From a bacterium (lineage in GTDB: Bacteria > UBA8248): a stretch of DNA of 64,000 nt. The position numbers and the translations under genes are program-made. This document shows positions 1-9,170 of this stretch, one piece after another; within the stretch, counting starts at the first letter, position 1; the number at the start of each line of letters is the position of its first letter. The stretch covers positions 3,232,001 through 3,296,000 of the forward strand of contig OZ241875.1 in assembly GCA_965203325.1 (NCBI GenBank), written 5' to 3'. The notes below the pieces were generated by a model. The model saw only the letters and a list, made by a program, of their open reading frames with translations, had not been told where the DNA came from and did not search any database.

Positions 1-950
1 GGCCGGGCGACATCGTCGCGGCGGCCGGCCTGAAGGAAGCGGTTACGGGCGATACCCTCTGTGACCGCAAAGAGCCGATAGCCTTCGAGTCGATTCGCGC
101 GCCCCAGCCCGTCATCTCGGTCGCGATTGAACCCAGGGACGCCACCGGGACCAAGAAGCTGGGCGAGACTCTGGCGAAACTCCAGGCGGAAGACCCGACG
201 TTTCAGGTGCGGGTGGATTCCGAATCGGGCCAGACGGTGATGAGCGGAATGGGCGAACTGCATCTGGAGGTGCTCACGCGCCGGATAGACGAGGACTTCG
301 GCGTGGACGTCCGGGTCGGCGCGCCCCGCGTGGTCTACCGCGAGACGCTTGCGAAAGAAGCCGAGGCGGAGTCCATCTTCGACAGGGAATTGGCCGGCGA
401 GTCCCAGTTCGCACGGGTGCGCGTGGGAGTGGTGCCCCGGCCCGGCGGAGGCGTCTCGTGCGAGAGTGAGGTGGATGATCCGAGGATCCCTGGAAATCTG
501 ATTGCGTCGGCGCTGGAGTCGCTCCAGGCGTCTACGTCGAGCGGCGCCATGGCGGGCTATGAAATGACTGACGTGGGTGTCACTTTGATCGAGGCGGACT
601 ACGACGCCGAGCGCGCGACGGAAGCTGCTTTTTCAATCGCTGCGGCGAACGCGTTCACGGAAGCATGCCGCTCGGCGGGCGGACAGCTTCTGGAGCCCGT
701 CATGTCGGTGGAGGTCGTGACGCCCGATGAATTTCTGGGCGCGATCATCGGCGACATTAATGCGCGCGACGGAAAAGTCTCCGGCGTCGAAGAACGCGGC
801 GGCGCAGCGGCTGTAAGCGTCGTGCGCGCTTCGGTGCCTCTCGCCAAGGTATTCGGCTACGCCACCTCCCTTCGCTCCGCCACACAGGGCCGCGCCACCT
901 ACACCATGCACTTTTCGCACTACGCCCCCTGTGAGATGGCGGGGGTATAA
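1..950 (+). CDS. fusA: Elongation factor G paralogue, 5'-partial (end of domain II to domain V)
   Basis: Frame open from base 3: PGDIVAAAGLKEAVTGDTLCD...EDPTF...SGMGELHLE...PRVVYRET...LLEPVMSVEV...FGYATSLRSATQGRATYTMHFSHY are EF-G motifs. Not followed by tuf. Confidence 0.93.
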   Translation, partial: PGDIVAAAGLKEAVTGDTLCDRKEPIAFESIRAPQPVISVAIEPRDATGTKKLGETLAKLQAEDPTFQVRVDSESGQTVMSGMGELHLEVLTRRIDEDFGVDVRVGAPRVVYRETLAKEAEAESIFDRELAGESQFARVRVGVVPRPGGGVSCESEVDDPRIPGNLIASALESLQASTSSGAMAGYEMTDVGVTLIEADYDAERATEAAFSIAAANAFTEACRSAGGQLLEPVMSVEVVTPDEFLGAIIGDINARDGKVSGVEERGGAAAVSVVRASVPLAKVFGYATSLRSATQGRATYTMHFSHYAPCEMAGV

Positions 951-996
951 ATTTCTCTCCTCACTGTTTTCGTATTGGTGTGAAGGCGTATTCTGA

Positions 997-1878
997 ATGA
1001 CCACCACCACCCTCTCTGTTCTTTTCTCGCTTTCAACGGCGCTCGTGGTCGGCTCCTTCACCCTGTTCGTGAGAAGCGGGCAGCGGCACGCGAACGCGGT
1101 ATCGGGCGTACTCATCGGGCTCATCGTATCCATGCCGCCGCTGCTCGTTGGCGCGGTCTGGACGTGGGAGCCCGCCCACTATCAACCTTTGGGATGGTTG
1201 TTCTTCGCGCTGGCCGGGGTCGCGGGACCCGCCGTGGGCAGGGTGTGTTTCTTCCATTCGATTCATTTGATGGGCGTGGCGCGCGCAGTGCCGCTCAACT
1301 CCACCATGCCGCTTTTCTCGGCGATCATAGGTGTCTATGTCTTGGGCGAGAGGCCGGGGCCGTACATTCTGGCGGGTACGGTGCTCATCGTTTTGGGATG
1401 TATGGGGATTACGGCGAAAAGGGGAGGGACTCAGCCCACCCGTGGAAGCTACCTGCTTATTGCACTCGGAAGCGTGGTTTTCTTCTCCGTCTCGCACATG
1501 CTTCGAAAACTCGGCGTAGGTTCAACGCCCAATACGTATCTGGGCATATCGATAATGAGCGTCTCTGGAGGTGTCTTCCTCTATGTCTTTGGGCAGTACC
1601 TGCCGCCTGCCTTAAGGCCCTCCTTGATGGTAAAAAAAGCATGGGTGGCGTACAGCATCGGCGGTTTGCTGAATACTCTTTCGGTTCTCCTGCATCTCTA
1701 CGGACTTCGTTATGGAGACCTCACCATCGTGATTCCGCTCGCCGCCACCGCGCCTTTGTGGGCGCTGCTTCTTACGGCCATATTCATGCGCAAACTCGAG
1801 CGCATCACTTGGCCGATTCTACTGGGTACGGTGGCGGTGGTCGTGGGCGGTGCGCTCGTGGCAGGCCGCGCACTCTGA
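997..1878 (+). CDS. EamA/DMT family transporter
   Basis: 293 aa, about 10 hydrophobic segments, two EamA-like halves (GVARAVPL...PLFSA...LGER; GDLTIVIPL...PLWAL...ERIT). Confidence 0.85.
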   Translation: MTTTTLSVLFSLSTALVVGSFTLFVRSGQRHANAVSGVLIGLIVSMPPLLVGAVWTWEPAHYQPLGWLFFALAGVAGPAVGRVCFFHSIHLMGVARAVPLNSTMPLFSAIIGVYVLGERPGPYILAGTVLIVLGCMGITAKRGGTQPTRGSYLLIALGSVVFFSVSHMLRKLGVGSTPNTYLGISIMSVSGGVFLYVFGQYLPPALRPSLMVKKAWVAYSIGGLLNTLSVLLHLYGLRYGDLTIVIPLAATAPLWALLLTAIFMRKLERITWPILLGTVAVVVGGALVAGRAL

Positions 1879-2009
1879 CGAGGCGGGGTTCGGTCTGTTC
1901 TGGTATAGTGAGGCAGGTCACGGATTTTTACTTCGCGCGTCGCCAATCTATCATTTCACCAGGCAGAGAAGGTTCATCCTTGCCAAGTTTGTATGGGAGA
2001 GAAGTGGAT

Positions 2010-2423
2010 ATGAAATTCATTCACACTGTTTTTTGTGCTATTGCGCTGATCGCTCTTTTGGGAGCAATGCCGGCCTTGGGTGCGGATAAAGGTATGGGGA
2101 AATCTACGATGAAAGGCGCGGCGATGGGCGGCGTCACACTCAAAATCGCCGGTGGGAAGATTGAAGGCAACAAAAAAGTGGTTCGCGTGAAGCAAGGCGA
2201 TGAAGTCAAGTTGAATCTGATGGCCGACAAAACCACCGAAGTCCATCTACACGGCTACGACATCGAAAAAACCGTCTCCCCTGGCCGGGTGGCCGTGATG
2301 GCGTTTCGGGCCAGGGTGGCGGGCCGGTTTCCCGTAACGGAGCATGGCTCTCATTCCCACGGGCAGAAAAAAAGCGGGGGTCATTCCGAGAAGGTGCTCT
2401 TCTACCTGGAGGTGCATCCGTGA
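2010..2423 (+). CDS. Exported cupredoxin-fold-like, His-rich protein
   Basis: ATG at 2010 after GGAGAG; signal peptide MKFIHTVFCAIALIALLGAMPALG; VRVKQGDEV...EVHLHGYD...GRFPVTEH pattern. The longer ORF from 1164 overlaps the EamA gene and is rejected. Confidence 0.65.
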   Translation: MKFIHTVFCAIALIALLGAMPALGADKGMGKSTMKGAAMGGVTLKIAGGKIEGNKKVVRVKQGDEVKLNLMADKTTEVHLHGYDIEKTVSPGRVAVMAFRARVAGRFPVTEHGSHSHGQKKSGGHSEKVLFYLEVHP

Positions 2424-2436
2424 CGAGGACAATCCC

Positions 2437-3888
2437 GTGAACCCCTACGTCCGAGGGCTGGGCCTCGTTGCCCTCATCGTGCTTTCCCCCGCATCCGTAT
2501 CGGCGCATGGGTTCGGTCAAAGGTATGATCTGCCTGTGCCGCTGGGTTTGTTCATGCTGGGGGCGGGCGCATCCGTGGTGCTTTCGTTTTTGGGCATGGG
2601 GCTTTTCGTGCGCAAAAAACAAGATAGCGTGGGTTATCCGAGCTGTAACCTGCTCGCCTCCCCCCTTTTCGCATGGGTGGGGAGCAAGGTCTTCTTGTTG
2701 TTGATACGAGCTCTTTCCGTCATTTTGTTTTGTGTGACGTTGGCTGCGGGCATCTGGGGAAGCGAAAACCCGGACAAGAACATCGTGCCCACCATGGTCT
2801 GGATCATCTGGTGGGTGGGCCTGGCCTATGTATGCGCGCTGGCGGGGAACCTGTGGTCGCTGGTGAATCCATGGAGCATCATATTTTCCTGGGCGGAGGC
2901 GCTGTACCGGAAAATCAGGCCCGGCGGTTCATTATCGCCGGAGCAACCTTTCACCGAAAGCCCGGGCGTGTGGCCGGCTGTGGGCTTGTTCCTGTGGTTC
3001 GCCTGGGCGGAGATCGTCTGGCCGCACAACGAACTTCCCCTTAACCTCGCAGTAGCCGCACTCGGGTATTCCATCATCACCTGGACGGGTATGTTCCTGT
3101 ACGGGAAAGAAGCATGGCTTAAGCGTGGAGAGGCGTTTTCCATCATATTCGGCGTGATGGGACGCTTCTCGATTACACAGGCGCGCGTGAGCGGAAACGG
3201 ACGAAATGAATGGCGTCTGAGGCCGCCGGCTGTGGGCCTTCTGAACACAGACGGCATGAGCAACTCGATGGTGGTGTTGGTTGTGTTGATGCTGGCGACG
3301 GTGAGCTTCGACGGCTTTACCGAAACACCGCTATGGCACTTGCTTCGCGCGTGGATGTACGAAGGAGTCATTTGGGTGGGGCGAGATGCCCTGCTCGTGG
3401 CGGACACCATCGCGCTCATCGCTGCTCCGATGCTCTTCCTGGGCGTGTATTACCTGTTCTGCATTCTGATGCGCGCCATGAGCGGAAGTGCACTCTCCAC
3501 GGGGGAATTCGCGCGCTTGTTCGTGCTTTCGCTGGTTCCCATCGCGATTGGATACCACGTGGCGCATTATTTCTCTTTTCTCTTCATTCAGGGGCAACGC
3601 ATCATCCCGCTGCTGTCGGACCCCTTCGGAGTGGGCTGGAACCTGTGGGGAACCGCTGCCTATAAGGTCGATATCGGTGTCGTTGGCGCGAGAACGACCT
3701 GGTATGCTTCTATTGCCGCGATTGTCATCGGCCATATATGCGCCGTCTATCTGGCGCATGTGACGGCGTTGCGCGCACTCGATAATCGCTTCGCCGCCGT
3801 GCGCAGCCAATATCCGATGCTTGTCCTCATGGTGGGCTATACCATGGTGAGCTTGTGGATCATCGCACAGCCGATAACGGGGGGCTGA
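2437..3888 (+). CDS. Conserved polytopic membrane protein (AHGFGQRYDLPVP type)
   Basis: GTG at 2437 after GAGGA; more than 10 predicted TM segments; motifs SFDGF, SLVPIAIGYHVAHY, SDPFGVGWNLWGTA, GHICAVYLAH, SQYPMLVLMVGYT. Confidence 0.75.
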   Translation: MNPYVRGLGLVALIVLSPASVSAHGFGQRYDLPVPLGLFMLGAGASVVLSFLGMGLFVRKKQDSVGYPSCNLLASPLFAWVGSKVFLLLIRALSVILFCVTLAAGIWGSENPDKNIVPTMVWIIWWVGLAYVCALAGNLWSLVNPWSIIFSWAEALYRKIRPGGSLSPEQPFTESPGVWPAVGLFLWFAWAEIVWPHNELPLNLAVAALGYSIITWTGMFLYGKEAWLKRGEAFSIIFGVMGRFSITQARVSGNGRNEWRLRPPAVGLLNTDGMSNSMVVLVVLMLATVSFDGFTETPLWHLLRAWMYEGVIWVGRDALLVADTIALIAAPMLFLGVYYLFCILMRAMSGSALSTGEFARLFVLSLVPIAIGYHVAHYFSFLFIQGQRIIPLLSDPFGVGWNLWGTAAYKVDIGVVGARTTWYASIAAIVIGHICAVYLAHVTALRALDNRFAAVRSQYPMLVLMVGYTMVSLWIIAQPITGG

Positions 3889-4042
3889 CGGCCTGCGAGC
3901 GAACGGGCGGTTAACTATTTCTCCTCCTGCGCCGCTTTATCTTGCCTCGACATGGCCATGTCCCCCCTCCTCTGATAAGACATCATCCTTGTGCCGTTTT
4001 CTGTTCATATATTTTTTCTTGTTTTAGGCTGGGGGAAACGTC

Positions 4043-4924
4043 TTGAACGATACGCTGCTGGCGGCGGGGTTCGCCTTGGGCACCGCGTCAATGTCCTCGG
4101 CCTTCAGCCTCATCGCCAGACGCGGGCAACGGCACGGCACGGCCATCACGGGCGTGGTCATCGGTCTGATTGTGAACGTCCCCTGGCTGGTGGCACTGAC
4201 GATCCTCACCTGGGAACCCGCCTATTGGAGCTCGGAAGCCTGGTTCTGGTTCTTCCTGTCGGGCATCACGGGACCCTCGCTCGGCCGCGTGTTCATGTTC
4301 CGGGCGATACATCGCCTGGGCGTTTCACGCGCAGTGCCCCTTCTGGCGGCCAACCCGCTGTTTTCGGCCGCTTTCGCCTATATTTTTCTTGGAGAGCGGC
4401 CGGGGACTTACGTGTGGGCGGGGATTTTCCTGGTCGTTTTGGGGTGCGTGGGGATCACCTACCAGCGCAAGAGCGACGCTCCCTGGGACAGGCGCGCCAT
4501 CTGGCTGCCGCTCTTGTCCGTTCTGGGGTTTTCCACGTCGAACATTTTCAGAAAAATCGGGATCGAGGTCGTTCCTTCCGCACTGCTCGGCATCACGCTC
4601 ACCAGTTTTTTCGGTTTGGTGGCGCTGGTCGCGGTTTTGTGGTTTCTGCCTAAACCCCAGCGCCCGTCTCTCAAGTGGGGAAAGGCCTGGCATTTCTATG
4701 GGCCCTGTGGGCTCATCAACACGCTGGCGTTTTTGAGTCACTTCGCCGCTTTGAAGTATGGGGATATTTCGGTCGTATCGCCGCTTTCATCGACCGCGCC
4801 GCTTTTCGCGCTCTTCTACACCTGGATTTTCCTGCGCGATATGGAGCGCATCACGTTGCCCATATTGATGGGGACGGTCTGCGTCGTCGCGGGAGGGGCG
4901 ATCATCGCCTTGAAAGCGATGTAG
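4043..4924 (+). CDS. EamA/DMT family transporter, paralogue of 997-1878
   Basis: 293 aa, same length as the first copy and sharing motifs (TWEPA, GVSRAVPL, LGERPG, YGDI...PL, ERIT.PIL.GT). Confidence 0.85.
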   Translation: MNDTLLAAGFALGTASMSSAFSLIARRGQRHGTAITGVVIGLIVNVPWLVALTILTWEPAYWSSEAWFWFFLSGITGPSLGRVFMFRAIHRLGVSRAVPLLAANPLFSAAFAYIFLGERPGTYVWAGIFLVVLGCVGITYQRKSDAPWDRRAIWLPLLSVLGFSTSNIFRKIGIEVVPSALLGITLTSFFGLVALVAVLWFLPKPQRPSLKWGKAWHFYGPCGLINTLAFLSHFAALKYGDISVVSPLSSTAPLFALFYTWIFLRDMERITLPILMGTVCVVAGGAIIALKAM

Positions 4925-4944
4925 CGCGGCGCTTTGCGCCCTGA

Positions 4945-5490
4945 TCAACCCGTGAGAAGCGCCCTGATCGTGGGAGCGACCTCTTTCGCGCGACCCTGGA
5001 GTTGCTCATCCGTGAGGCTGCCCACCGGATGGGGGATATAGGCCACCGGATAGTCCGGCATGCCGCGCACCTTGGAGACCATCTCGACCGTGGGCCGGAA
5101 CGGCTCGGTGCAGATGACGGCGGTGGGGACGTCTTTTTTCTCGAGCTCGATTCCATCGTGCACACTGCACGAAGAGCAGGAGCCTCAGTCGCCCACCGCG
5201 GTGATGGCGAGGTCGCATTTCTCGGCCATCTCCGCGTAAACCTCCGGCTTGGCCGGGCGGGTGTCGTATTCTTTCGATAGCTCAACGGCGAGATTTGGGT
5301 CCGCGCCGTCCGCCCGCAATTCATCCAGTATGTAGCGCATGAGCTTGTCCGCGCCTACCTTGGAGTTCCAGAGCAGGCCGATGCGCTTGCCGGAGAGCGC
5401 GCCGTCGCGGCTTGTGCGGTCTTCGGTTTCGATCTCCGGCTCCACGGTCGGATCGTAAATCGGTGTTGCGGTTTCTACGATGGGGTTCAT
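4945..5490 (-). CDS. UGSC-motif selenoprotein, 181 aa, in-frame UGA at 5187-5185 read as Sec
   Basis: ORFs 5185-5490 and 4945-5163 share a frame. Read-through gives ...AITAVGD-U-GSCSSCSVHDGIELEKKDVPTAVICTEPF...PHPVG, the UGSC family signature. A hairpin follows the UGA. Confidence 0.85.
5145..5184 (-). promoter_or_regulatory. Putative bacterial SECIS element of the UGSC selenoprotein
   Basis: After UGA on the - strand: TCGTGCA-GTG-TGCACGA 7-bp stem (5172-5156). The loop starts with G about 20 nt from the UGA; lower GCTC/GAGC pairing is possible. Confidence 0.6.
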
Positions 5491-5580
5491 CGAACGCTTC
5501 CTCCTGTATGTGCATCAACGCCGGGATGTCCACTCGTTTTGTAGTCCATCAACCGATCTTCTCTTTTGATGCTTCTTTCT

Positions 5581-6621
5581 TCAACCGCGAGACTCGCGCC
5601 GTTCGGCCGCGCTCAGCACAGGGCGGGTGACGAACTCGCCGTTTCGCCTTCTGCTCCATGAGGGAACCCAGGAGGAATGCCCGCCGGCCTCGCCTCCCGC
5701 GACAACGATGTAGATGTCTTCGGGCTTGAGCGCGTGGCGCACGTTGCCGTTTTCATCGGCGTCAATGGGCTTGTCGAGCTTGCCGGTTCGCAGGAGTTGG
5801 CCCAATGGAAGCGTCGCGTTTTCAAACAGATATTCTTTCAGTTCTTCTTTCGTGGGAAACTCCTCGGCCAGCAGATGCGCGTGCTCGGGCGCGAAGACGA
5901 AACAAGATTGCCCCTCGCTCATGCTGCCCAGACCCGCCATGGTGGCGGCGGCGGTTTCCGCGATTCCGCGCCCCTTGCCGTAATGGTTCTGGATGTTGTG
6001 CGGACCTTCGGCGGCGAGAAGCGTAACCGTACTTGTTTCAATTGAGTAGCCGAGTTCGACGTTCAACGGCTCCCAGGGGCTCGTTTCCTCCCATTCGGCG
6101 AAGGTGAAGCTGTATTTGCCCGGATTCCCCTGGGTGGAGCGATCCAGAAGGCCTGGCTTCGAACCCAGACAATTGATGATGATGAGCCTGAGCGCGCGGC
6201 CGATCGTCGCTCCCGCGCGGTTGCCCGGCCCGTAAATGTTCCCCTGCATGTTGAGGCCAATCTCATGGCGAATCGGGCCGTTTACGACCATGAAGGGCGC
6301 TGCTCCGCCCGTGCTCGTGGCGCTGGAGTGAATGTTGTAGGCCGGATCGGCCATGGCTTCGAGCGCGGCGAGTATGACGGGCATATAGGAGGGCAGACAC
6401 CCCGCCATGATGGCGTTCAAGGCCACTTTTCCGGCCCGGACGGTTCTTTTCCGCTCCGCCAGATGAAAGACGACGTCATCGGCGTCGAGTCCCGAAGCCT
6501 CCAGAAAACGCTGCAGGAGGTCAGGCGTCGGGGGGACCACGGGCAGGCCGTCCGTCCAGCCTTTCTCGTGATACATCTCTATCGCCTCATAAACGTCCGC
6601 CGCTTCACTCACCGCTTCCAT
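5581..6621 (-). CDS. UGSC-associated conserved protein (GWTDGLPVVPPT family)
   Basis: 346 aa; GWTDGLPVVPPT, NAIMAGCLP.YMPV, VVNGP, NRAGATIGRALRL, GNPGKY...AE.EE.SPW. Directly upstream of the UGSC gene, same strand. Confidence 0.8.
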   Translation of the reverse strand: MEAVSEAADVYEAIEMYHEKGWTDGLPVVPPTPDLLQRFLEASGLDADDVVFHLAERKRTVRAGKVALNAIMAGCLPSYMPVILAALEAMADPAYNIHSSATSTGGAAPFMVVNGPIRHEIGLNMQGNIYGPGNRAGATIGRALRLIIINCLGSKPGLLDRSTQGNPGKYSFTFAEWEETSPWEPLNVELGYSIETSTVTLLAAEGPHNIQNHYGKGRGIAETAAATMAGLGSMSEGQSCFVFAPEHAHLLAEEFPTKEELKEYLFENATLPLGQLLRTGKLDKPIDADENGNVRHALKPEDIYIVVAGGEAGGHSSWVPSWSRRRNGEFVTRPVLSAAERRESRG

Positions 6622-6820
6622 GTGGTCTCCTGTGTACGGGATGATTATTTACCATAAAACAACAGGATATCGCAGGGAGCCGGTTTTGAAAATGCGGGTT
6701 TGCGTCCCGGGCTCCCGGTTTCATTGATGCTTCGGGACTGGTATATCATCCCTTCGGTATCTGGTATCCGGTCGTCGCTTTCGGGTGCGGCGCATATAAA
6801 TGAAAAGGAGAATGTCTCGC

Positions 6821-7423
6821 ATGGATTTCGAGTTGATTCGCGACGTAAACGCCCATTTTGAGCCGTTTTATCCCTATGCGGCGGCGGAGATTCACGCTGA
6901 ATACGGGCGCGACGAGGGCGACGTCCTGGAAATCGGCCCCTACGGCCCCGGCGTGGCGCTCGCCCTGGCGGCGCGCTGCCCCGGGATGCGCCTCACATGC
7001 GGAGACGATACCGACCGCCTGAACGACTACCTCGCCGAGACGGTTGCGGAGGCGGGCATGTCCGCGCGTGTCCGCGTGGAACCCGTTGATAAATATAGCC
7101 TTCCGTTCGAGGCGGCCTCTTTCGACCTCGTCGTCTTCCGGGGCGGGCTTTTCTTCTGGGAGGCGCAGGAGAGCATCGTCGCCGAGATGGACCGCGTCTT
7201 AAGACCCGGCGGGATGGGCGCGCACGGCGGCGGTTTCGGGGCGGGGGCGTCGGATGCGCTCATCGAGTCGCTGCTGCCCGAAGCGCGCGCGTTGAACAAC
7301 CGCCTCGGCAAAAAGCGCCTCTCTCGCGCGGATGTGCGCCAAATCGCTGAAAATGCAGGACTTGGCTGTTGGCGCATCGCAGCCGAACACGGCTTGTGGC
7401 TCTACTGGGAGAAGACGGACTAG
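6821..7423 (+). CDS. Class I SAM-dependent methyltransferase
   Basis: VLEIGPYGPG motif I variant, LPFEAASFDLVV, RVLRPGG. AAGGAG lies upstream of ATG 6821; alternative start 6800. Confidence 0.8.
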   Translation: MDFELIRDVNAHFEPFYPYAAAEIHAEYGRDEGDVLEIGPYGPGVALALAARCPGMRLTCGDDTDRLNDYLAETVAEAGMSARVRVEPVDKYSLPFEAASFDLVVFRGGLFFWEAQESIVAEMDRVLRPGGMGAHGGGFGAGASDALIESLLPEARALNNRLGKKRLSRADVRQIAENAGLGCWRIAAEHGLWLYWEKTD

Positions 7424-7451
7424 CGTTTCCCGCGCATTTCACCCCCCGCAA

Positions 7452-7715
7452 TTCCCCGCATTTGCCGTCGCGCGCTCGCCTCCCGAACCGTGCTATTCTC
7501 ACGGTGCTTCTGCGGGAGGGAGGATTTCACCCGCGAAACTCCCCCGCATTTGCCCGCACTTCCCCTCAAAAATTTCTCGACAATTTATCGAAAAATCCCG
7601 TGAATTTATCTGATTTTATCGTATTTTTCAGAAATTCCTTATTCTCGAACGCGGCGGTGCGCTTCTCCATCATACGCCGGTGCGCTGAATATCCCGCGAC
7701 GGCAAATGCGGGGAA
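7452..7715. repeat. 264-bp intergenic element bounded by a perfect 21-bp inverted repeat (MITE-like)
   Basis: TTCCCCGCATTTGCCGTCGCG (7452-7472) and its exact reverse complement (7695-7715); AT-rich interior; a partial direct copy near 7541. Confidence 0.7.
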
Positions 7716-7890
7716 ATACGTGGTCAGAAGCGAGCGGGGAGCGAGCGTTTGCGCGCCCCGGGGAGGTCAATCGCGATCGGGGAAAAGCGATTCCTGTTTG
7801 CCGACAGATGAAAGAGGGCCAGCCTCGACCGAGAGGGGAGAGTTTGTCGACCGGGGAGGAGGGGAATGGCGAGGTTGCGTCAGGCTTCTC

Positions 7891-8448
7891 TCACCCGCTC
7901 AGCAGACTCGTCTTCGTGAACACCGCATCCAGCTCGTAGCCGCGCTCGGCGAGGTTCTCGCGTCCGCCTTCTTCGCGGTCCACGAGGCAGATGACGTGGA
8001 CGACTTCGAGGCCGAAGGCCAGGGCCGCGTCGATGGCCGTGAAGGTCGAAGCTGCCGTGGTCACCACGTCCTCGATGATGGCGGCCTTCATGCCGGGCCT
8101 TAAGTTCCCCGCCCCCTCGATGCGGTTCTGCATCCCGTGGCCCTTCTCGCCCTTCCGGATGATGAAGGCGGGAACATCGCGTCCTTCGAGCGCGGCGGTC
8201 ATCGAGACGGCCGTCACCATCGGGTCAGCACCCAGGGTGGGGCCGCCCACGGCGTCGACGCCCTCCCTGATGCGCTCGTAGATCACCCGGCCCACGAGCC
8301 GCGCCCCCTCGCCGTGCAGCGTCACCTGTCGGCAGTCGACGTAGAAATCGCTCACCCGGCCCGAGGCGAGCGTCACCTGTTTTTTCTCATACGATTTTTC
8401 GAGCAGAAGCCGCTGCAGCGCTTCCAGGTCTGCTTCTTTGTTCGTCAT
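7891..8448 (-). CDS. pyrE: Orotate phosphoribosyltransferase
   Basis: TLASGRVSDFYVDCR, GGPTLGADP, IRKGEKGHG, PRPP-binding IIEDVVTT, LVDREEGG. Confidence 0.95.
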   Translation of the reverse strand: MTNKEADLEALQRLLLEKSYEKKQVTLASGRVSDFYVDCRQVTLHGEGARLVGRVIYERIREGVDAVGGPTLGADPMVTAVSMTAALEGRDVPAFIIRKGEKGHGMQNRIEGAGNLRPGMKAAIIEDVVTTAASTFTAIDAALAFGLEVVHVICLVDREEGGRENLAERGYELDAVFTKTSLLSG

Positions 8449-8458
8449 GGCGTCGTCT

Positions 8459-8746
8459 CTATGAATCGGTGGATGATTCGGGCGTTTCTCCGGCGGCTCT
8501 GAGTTCGTGGTAGATATGGAGCGCCGCTTCCGCGAAGGCTTCGGGCACCATCAAGTGCACCGCGCCCAGGTTCGTCCGGCTGAAGGCGTAGACCGAACCC
8601 GCCGAGTCGTAGCTCAGGTGCACGGGGATTCGTTCGGCCTCGAGCCTGCTTTTCAGGATCAAGGCTTCCATCTGTCCGCCGACGGTGGCGATGCGCCTTA
8701 AATCGGATGATCCCTTCACGCCTTCCGGCGTCTTGTCGCCCCACAC
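8459..8746 (-). CDS. Small DUF2007-like (putative signal-transducing) protein
   Basis: GTG at 8746 after GAGGAG; EALILKSRLEAERIPV...LGAVHLMVPE...A pattern. The N-terminal extension in the ORF track runs through a REP palindrome. Confidence 0.6.
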   Translation of the reverse strand: MWGDKTPEGVKGSSDLRRIATVGGQMEALILKSRLEAERIPVHLSYDSAGSVYAFSRTNLGAVHLMVPEAFAEAALHIYHELRAAGETPESSTDS

Positions 8747-8836
8747 GCTCTCGCTCCTCGTTCGGGATTCGGAAACCACCTCCCATGATCGAAGAAATCG
8801 GGCCGGGGCGCAAGGGTGAGATGGTGCAGGATGGTT

Positions 8837-8868
8837 TTGTAGGGACAGGTCGCGACCTGTCCCTACAA
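8837..8868. repeat. GTAG-type REP-like perfect palindrome; further copies at 13025-13050, 43247-43270, 45742-45769
   Basis: TTGTAGGGACAGGTCGCGACCTGTCCCTACAA is self-complementary. Related GTAGGGG-tagged hairpins occur near 9031-9056, 9130-9156, 10618-10643 and 45695-45721, all intergenic. Confidence 0.85.
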
Positions 8869-8937
8869 CGGTGAATAATCCAGAAGGTTGGGATTCACTC
8901 TTTCCTTGAGGTCCATTGCTATAAAAGGAGAGGGCCA

Positions 8938-8965
8938 TTCACTCCCCCTCAAGGGGGGAGTGAAT
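8938..8965. repeat. Solo copy of the ACTCCCCCCTTGAGGGGGAGT palindrome family
   Basis: TTCACTCCCCCTCAAGGGGGGAGTGAA. Confidence 0.8.
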
Positions 8966-9170
8966 TACTTCTCTCGTCGGTCGGCAACAGGACACAAGGG
9001 GGGTGGCCTATTTTGTAGAACCTTGGGGGTGGGTCGCATGTATGCGACCCCTACAATCCATCTAATCTATCGGACTTCGTAGCACTGCCCTCATGCCGAT
9101 GCAGACGAAATGCGGACAACCTTGGGGCAGGGCGGACACATCGGTCCGCCCCTACGACTTCCGAACAGTG

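Noticed and set aside
1164..2009. 419-aa ORF extension upstream of the cupredoxin-like gene
   Set aside because: It overlaps the EamA gene in another frame; the signal peptide and RBS point to ATG 2010.
5491..5583. Read-through fusion of 5581-6621 with the UGSC gene (same frame, TGA stop)
   Set aside because: There is a second in-frame TGA, no convincing SECIS or redox motif, and the downstream gene has its own AGGAGG RBS.
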